Shown: positions 57,800 through 64,000 of the stretch, in pieces | Position numbering within the stretch: the first letter of the stretch is position 1 | How the letters are laid out: each line of letters opens with the position of its first letter | DNA from: Nymphaea colorata | Taxonomy: Eukaryota | Direction of reading: 5' to 3' | DNA length: 64,000 nt | Assembly (NCBI RefSeq): GCF_008831285.2 | Contig: NC_045138.2 | Location: 4,092,001 to 4,156,000 of the forward strand | Translations under genes and position numbers: made by a program | The notes under the pieces: model-generated | The model's database searches: none | Seen by the model: only the letters and a program-made list of their open reading frames with translations | What the model was told of the DNA's origin: nothing

Positions 57800-60700
57800 T
57801 CAGTTGTCAGCATCTCCACCCACGTCAGATAAGATAGCACCTCTTGACTTGTTAGTTCTGCAGGGGAAAAACCATTGTAAAAAGATAAGAAAATAATATG
57901 CCAAACTTTGGTACTTAACAATATCTCCTGTTTACCGGTGTACAGTTGGAAATGCTTTGTGTTTCCCACTTGTGGACTGGGAAGGTGCCTTCTGGTTGTC
58001 AACTTGATTATCTGCACAAAAATGGGAATTGAAACAAGGCTTGAGGAATATCATTCATTGGCATCACCAACTCAGGTAAAAAAAGTTTCATCAACCGAAA
58101 GTAGTCAGTTAACAAAGCACACATACCGAAAGTAAAAATTTTACATCTTCCTGATTCTCCAATCCATAAGGATGATATACACGGTTTGTTTAGGATCCAC
58201 GATAACTAAAGACAGCCTAGAGAACAAATTTTAGGTTCGTTCATTCAAAAATCAGATGGATCAACTGAATCACTCAAATCTCCCATACGTCAAACCAAAG
58301 AAAAAGAAAACGACCAAAGGACCAGTTTCTCAAACATGTGTAGCAAACTTGCAATTCTCAGAATAAAATAAATATTTAGAAAGAAAAAAATAAAAGAAGC
58401 ATAGTCTGTATGAGAAACTTAACGACATACACTTAAATAAACCATGAAACTAAAATATCATTGGCAGTGAAGGATGGACGAGACACTGACCAGTAAAAAA
58501 TTATTTCTACTGAATATACTCAAGAAGAGGAATCAAGTAATCATTTAAGTCATATAAATGATTTGCATGACGATTCTCATTTTCCAGTATCTATGTGCCA
58601 TGATTTCTCAATGTGATTATAACTTACCCCATCTACAAGGTGAGTCCTTGATGAGTCCTATTTCCCCACTCCTGTTACTCCAAAGTCCAAAGTCCAAACT
58701 AGACCATCAGAAATCATTTCCCAGTTTGCCCCAAAAGTCTCGGCCAACTTACTTTGCCCTATTCGATTCTCACTTTGCCCCAGAAGGTCATTTCTTCCTT
58801 CCTTTAGCTACACTCTATACTTCTTGAAACTGTTAAGCACTGAGTTTTTTCCCAAATGTTCCTGATATTTTTCTTCCAGGGACATAGCTGAGGCTGACTG
58901 GAACATAAGGATATCCCAGAGATAATATAAATTATCCTGCTTGCTACTATTTATCACAGATACAAGTATCCACTGCCAAATTCCATAGATAGTCGGTTGC
59001 TTGTTTTTGCTCCTAAACCACATTGAGAGAAAAAGCCATCCAAGGCATATCGTAGAAATAGGATTTGGGAATCAAATTGGCGCATTCAGCAATACAGCGG
59101 CTCAATCAGTTATAATCAGAAAATATATTTAAAAAATTAGATTTTTTTGAAAAAAAATAGATGAAAAATTATATAAAAGTTAGTTAAAATAAGAAAACTC
59201 TTAAAACATTTAAAAACAACTAAAAATTTAACATGTGGCATTCTTTGAATCGGCCACTGAATTGAATGAATCAATTCTGATTACACTGATCCAAAGCATG
59301 GAAGTCTCAGTTGCACGATATAGCATGAAAGTCTCAATTCCATTGTGTATAAAAATGTTTCTTCATGTGCATTTTTTCCATTTGTGGATATAAGGCAATA
59401 TAATATAACTTTTATGTTTTAACACAGAACAAAACAACATTAATGACACTCATGAAATTTTTTATACTGCTAAAAGTATTGAAAGACACAGCTATTCAAG
59501 AAAAGTTTTACCTTCCTTGCATTGGAAGAAAAGTTTTACCTTCCACCTAAATATGAATTTAGCATCCTAATGTTCATGTACCAGAAAAAACATTCTACGA
59601 TTCAAAATTTCTAACAGCAATTTGGCTTTGCAAGCAGATAACTCACCTACAGAGGTTTCCAAGCTACTGAGAGAAACAGAATCAGAAGACTTGGAATCTG
59701 ATGCCGTCAATTTGCGAGCTTTTCTTTGATTGGAGCAAGCAAGTTGATCTTTCAAAGCCTCATTTTTACCCTATGAAGAAAACAGAGGCCTCAGCCAATT
59801 GGAGGATATGGCCCTTAGACATAAGACTTACATTATCAACTCATGATATGATTGAACTAGCAGTACAAAACAAGTATCTTTGTAACAGCAGTGCCCATGA
59901 CTAGCAGTAGCACCTTCACATCTTGCATTGACACACTACCACAAGAAAAGAATTGCCTTTGACATGGCAAAAAGGGTCTAAAGACGAGCCACATACTGAC
60001 GTTATTATGTATCCATGCAACTACACAAGCCACCATCAGCTTCCGAGTTCTGACCATAGCAGAGACAAAACTTCATAAGTAGTGCCTTGCTACTTCAAGA
60101 TGGTGCAAACCCTACCCGACCCAGCATCTCTGACATGCACAGGATCATGTTCATATATAACTATGAGATGGAGTTCACAAGGTGTACAAGGTGCCAAAAT
60201 GGTATTTCTAGCAGCATTTTCACAAATTTATCCCCATATGTTCAGGACCATCCAATATATAGGAATTGACTGTTGAATTATAAACCCTTCAAAAAACCAT
60301 GAATTTATAGGTTTTAAATTTTAGGAAAATCTTTAGACTATTGTCTTGTAAATAAGATACCCATTTCACATGTTTCAACCAAACGATTCATGAAAAAGTT
60401 GGTCTGAAAATGAGCACGTCAATTACATCTAGTAGTGTTTGTGTGTGAACCTGCAAATAGCAGTAACACATTCTCTATGGGTACAGAATCACCTTTTCAG
60501 CTGAAAGCATAGTTGTCAATTGAACTGTTTGTCTCTGCTCTGCTGACACACAAGACAAATGAAGAAATTGTTATTCTAAATTTTACAAGTGCAGACAAGC
60601 ATGCAATAAGTATAGATACCAGAAGCAGGTTAGAAAAAAAATAAGAACAAACGAAATGACAGAACTGGACAACTAGAACAATGAAAGAGATGCATAGCAA

Positions 60701-62865
60701 AAGTGAGCACTTACAACTGCCTACTTTAAAAAACTAGCTGACATCCAACACATACCTTTCCTATTTATGCATTAGTTATTCTTGGCCTAAGAAACATGTG
60801 GACTTTCATTTCGCCAATTCAAATGGCTAAAATGGTGTACAATAAATCCTTTAGCAAAAGAGTGTTAGTTATCTCATGAGAAACACAAAACAAGTTATTT
60901 CCACTTTAGGCAGATATCTGAAATGTACCCAGGTAACACAAGTGCTTATCTGTAGCAACAAAAAATGTGTGAGGTCCTATGTAAGTCTAGTTATGTACTA
61001 TGGTGAATTTCTCAAAAAATATCTTCACCCATAGAAAGGAAATAGAAGAGATTCAAAAAACAGAGGGAAAAGGGAAAGATGTTTTTATTTAAGTTTCGGT
61101 CTCTCATATCCTATGTTGTCAAGGCACCAAGGCACTGCCTGGCCACCAGGTAACGCCTAGGGCCTAGGTGTGCCTAGGCAAAAAAAGGCATCCGATTTTC
61201 TTTAATTAATTTTTTTAGGTATGTCAACTATTTCATAAAAAAAATATGTAATTACTGACTGAACTGTAAGCTTCTGTTCCAGGTGTGCCTATCACCACTA
61301 ACACAGACGTGTAGTACAAAAATGTAAAACATGCAGAACTGTTTTGCTCTTGTTTACATATTAGAAAACTGTTCTGTTCTGTTCTAGCCAATACCTTAGT
61401 TTGATGCACAAAAGAAGGCACATCATTCTTGTTTACACTGGACACAATACATACTGGACACAATGCCTGCATTTCTTAGGATGAGATCCTGTCAGAATCC
61501 AATGCCAGACACATACCTCAAACATTCTGACTGTAAAACAACAGTTTCTCTAGATAAAGTACCGCAATAGAAAAACTAAATATGAATTCTGGTGTAAATA
61601 ACTGTATATGCTGCTATGAATTGGAATCCATTTTATATAGGACCTTATAGACTATTTCATTTGAATCCTTTCAAACAAAGATCGTATCAAATCAGCACAT
61701 ATAATATACATTACAACAGACTGTACATATAACATACAATATACATTATAACAGCTTGTACAAATCAGTACATACCTTTCCATGGACTAGGCGTGCTGAT
61801 GCCTAGTCCAGCCTAGGCAAATGTGCATACATGTGGGAAAATATGAATGTGCATGTATATACACGTGAGCAAATGTGAATGTGTGACTGTTTTTGGTAAA
61901 AGCCAATTGCTCTATGTTCTCTTTACATGGAATCCAGTGTTACAAATAATATATACTTATCAAGTAACTGTATTTACTTATAAATTATGCCAACTATGTA
62001 AACTGATGAGCAGAAAGCAACCCATGATATCAAAAATTGAAACATTCTTATGCAACCTCACAATAGTTAAATCACATTTGCCACCTCAAACTTGAGCCAG
62101 GATTGATTCTAAACAGCTAAAGGGACAAGCCCAAATAAGATATGTTCATTAAATCACTCGGGCTCAATGCTGACAATCACAACCTAATTTCAAGCAACTC
62201 AAGTAAATTAGTAAACTGATTACATGCTTGTTCTGTTTGTTCAGTTCACCTTCCCAGCCCTAATTTAACATTAGAATTTAGATGACCTGAAACAGGAAAA
62301 GCATGGAAAAAGAAAAACTTTACATATGTTTGTAACTCAAGAAAGCCCTTCTTTTAATAAATTCCCAGAGTTCCAGGTGACAGATTAGTATCATGCAAAC
62401 AAATTCACAAAAATTACAGAAGACTAGTGTTATAAATTACCATATGCGTTGCCAGAAAATACAATGTTTATAACAGTGAACTGTCCAACATTTAACTAAA
62501 ATTTTTCCTCAATGTGCATAGAATAGTAGCTTCTCTCTCATGATCAAAGAATTATGGCTAATCCTATCGTGAAGGCAAATTGTAAGTAAAATATTCATTA
62601 TCATAAGAACAGAAAAGGCGATTTGCAGAAAGCAATATTAACACAGAAGAATTTCCAGAGGTGATTGGCAAAGAATACATTTTCAAGAAGAAAAATTAAC
62701 CACCTCTAGCAACATCTTTGCATTTCTTCTTGTAGCTCCTGTACAGTTCAATTGCGATAAACGCAATAGCATCCTTTGCACTGGACTCTGGAACTCTCTC
62801 AAGAGGTATAGAAATGCGAGGCATTCCTTTAGACACCTGAGCTGTTAGCTTTGCAAATCTGGCAC
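57800..62865 (-). CDS. At5g64010-like protein (plant PAXX-like NHEJ factor), 3' part; exons 62865-62704, 60539-60493, 59770-59647, 58011-57936, 57857-57800; 5' exons not identified in the window
   Basis: GT-AG exons join in phase: GARFAKLTAQVSKGMPRISIPLERVPESSAKDAIAFIAIELYRSYKK...EQRQTVQLTTMLSAEKGKNEALKDQL...AFPTVHRTNKSRGAILSDVGGDADN*. This resembles the recalled family consensus AKLVAQKSKGMP...VPAYRRAKVRGALLQD. Confidence 0.82.
61110..61830. mobile_element. Decayed hAT-like insertion in an intron
   Basis: Starts CTATGTTGTCAAGGC, with GCCTAGG subterminal repeats at 61140-61180 and 61785-61820; right terminus not recognised. Confidence 0.4.
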
Positions 62866-64000
62866 CTAAACGGTACAAATGCACAAAAAGAAGATATCAG
62901 ATGCCACCTGACTGGTTAACTATGATCTGTTTGAGCACCATGACGCATACGAGCATATGAACTTAAGCCGCTCTAAGCAACAGATATGTACATTTGAGGA
63001 ATAACTAGCAAACAACTTAGCAATGATATCATCCTCAATCAACAAAAATGGAAAACAAGGGAGCTAAATTAACAGATAGATCAATCCGAACCTGAAGGAA
63101 AAGGAAAAGTTCTATTATCAGTTTCCAGAAAAAAACCTTTTAACTTGTCAACCCTCTCATTTTTGCTTGAACGAATTGTCACAGAAATTAATAAAGCATA
63201 CTTCAATTCACACAAAAAATAGTTCAGCCACCAATGACAAGTTCAGCAAACAAGTATAGCTGACTGCTAGTAATAAAGTAACTTGCAGAAAAGTGATCAT
63301 AAACAAGACATTAGTTAGAAAAATGATCCCCAGGGCTTCAAGCTAGTTCTCTTTACATACCCTACAAAGTCAGATGTATAACAGGAAACAACACAGTAAT
63401 ATAACTGCATAATTCATCTGCTAATCTATTGTCCTTTTGTTGAATTGATGATCAGAGGGCAAATAATTGAAAGATATTCCTGAAAAGAATAGAAGAAATA
63501 CTGGTAACTTCAATCCATACTTATAAACATGCCAAATTCTTGAATTATTGAATGATAAAGCTACATATCCACATACAAAAAAATTCCAAGGAAATTACCC
63601 TACTCCCAAAAACTTGAAATGCCCTGGTGGATTTTGGTAACTTTCAAGTTTAAACTGTCACACAACTTCCAAGGATTGCCAAAGAAATTATATTTATCAA
63701 AACAGACTTTTCGCCTTTCCATAAAGTCATATCAACCCCCGGTTGCAGTCCTTTCCTTATCAAGGCAACAGCATTAAATGCTACCTGCCTGCCCCATAAT
63801 GCATGAGCTGAACTTTGATTGCAAAGAGGGAAACCTCCTTTTAGTATATGATTTATGAGACCATTTCCACTATTCTGGAGAGAGAGAGAGAGAGAAGGTT
63901 GCCAGCCACAGATACTTTCCAGAATTTCTTTCTCAAAAAAGAAAAGGTTTCCGAATTATCATGAGACATTCTTTTACTAAGAATATTCAAAGAATAAGAT

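Overview
AT-rich flowering-plant nuclear DNA (GT-AG introns, (AT)n/(CT)n microsatellites, plant TE families). 1-13.4 kb: a tandem segmental duplication carrying two pseudogenised Rx-type CC-NB-ARC (CNL) resistance genes that share one old truncation; a third CC remnant lies at ~32.7 kb. 13.4-47 kb: nested transposons. These include a TSD-flanked, internally deleted Ty3/Gypsy element whose LTR is split by a 2.5-kb PIF/Harbinger-like element carrying a captured polyamine-transporter exon, and a 7-kb GA-rich higher-order repeat. They also include a hAT derivative with transposase remnants plus captured, intron-containing importin-9 and TOPLESS fragments, a decayed chromovirus-like Gypsy, microsatellite-embedded MITEs and two nested Copia elements. 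48-64 kb: three minus-strand host genes, namely a PLS-E PPR gene, a complete RPL7/uL30 gene and the 3' five coding exons of an At5g64010-like (plant PAXX-like) gene. The most interesting signals are the two gene-capturing (Pack-type) DNA transposons of non-MULE superfamilies, one of them sitting inside a retrotransposon LTR. All homology calls come from motif recognition by eye, not from database searches.
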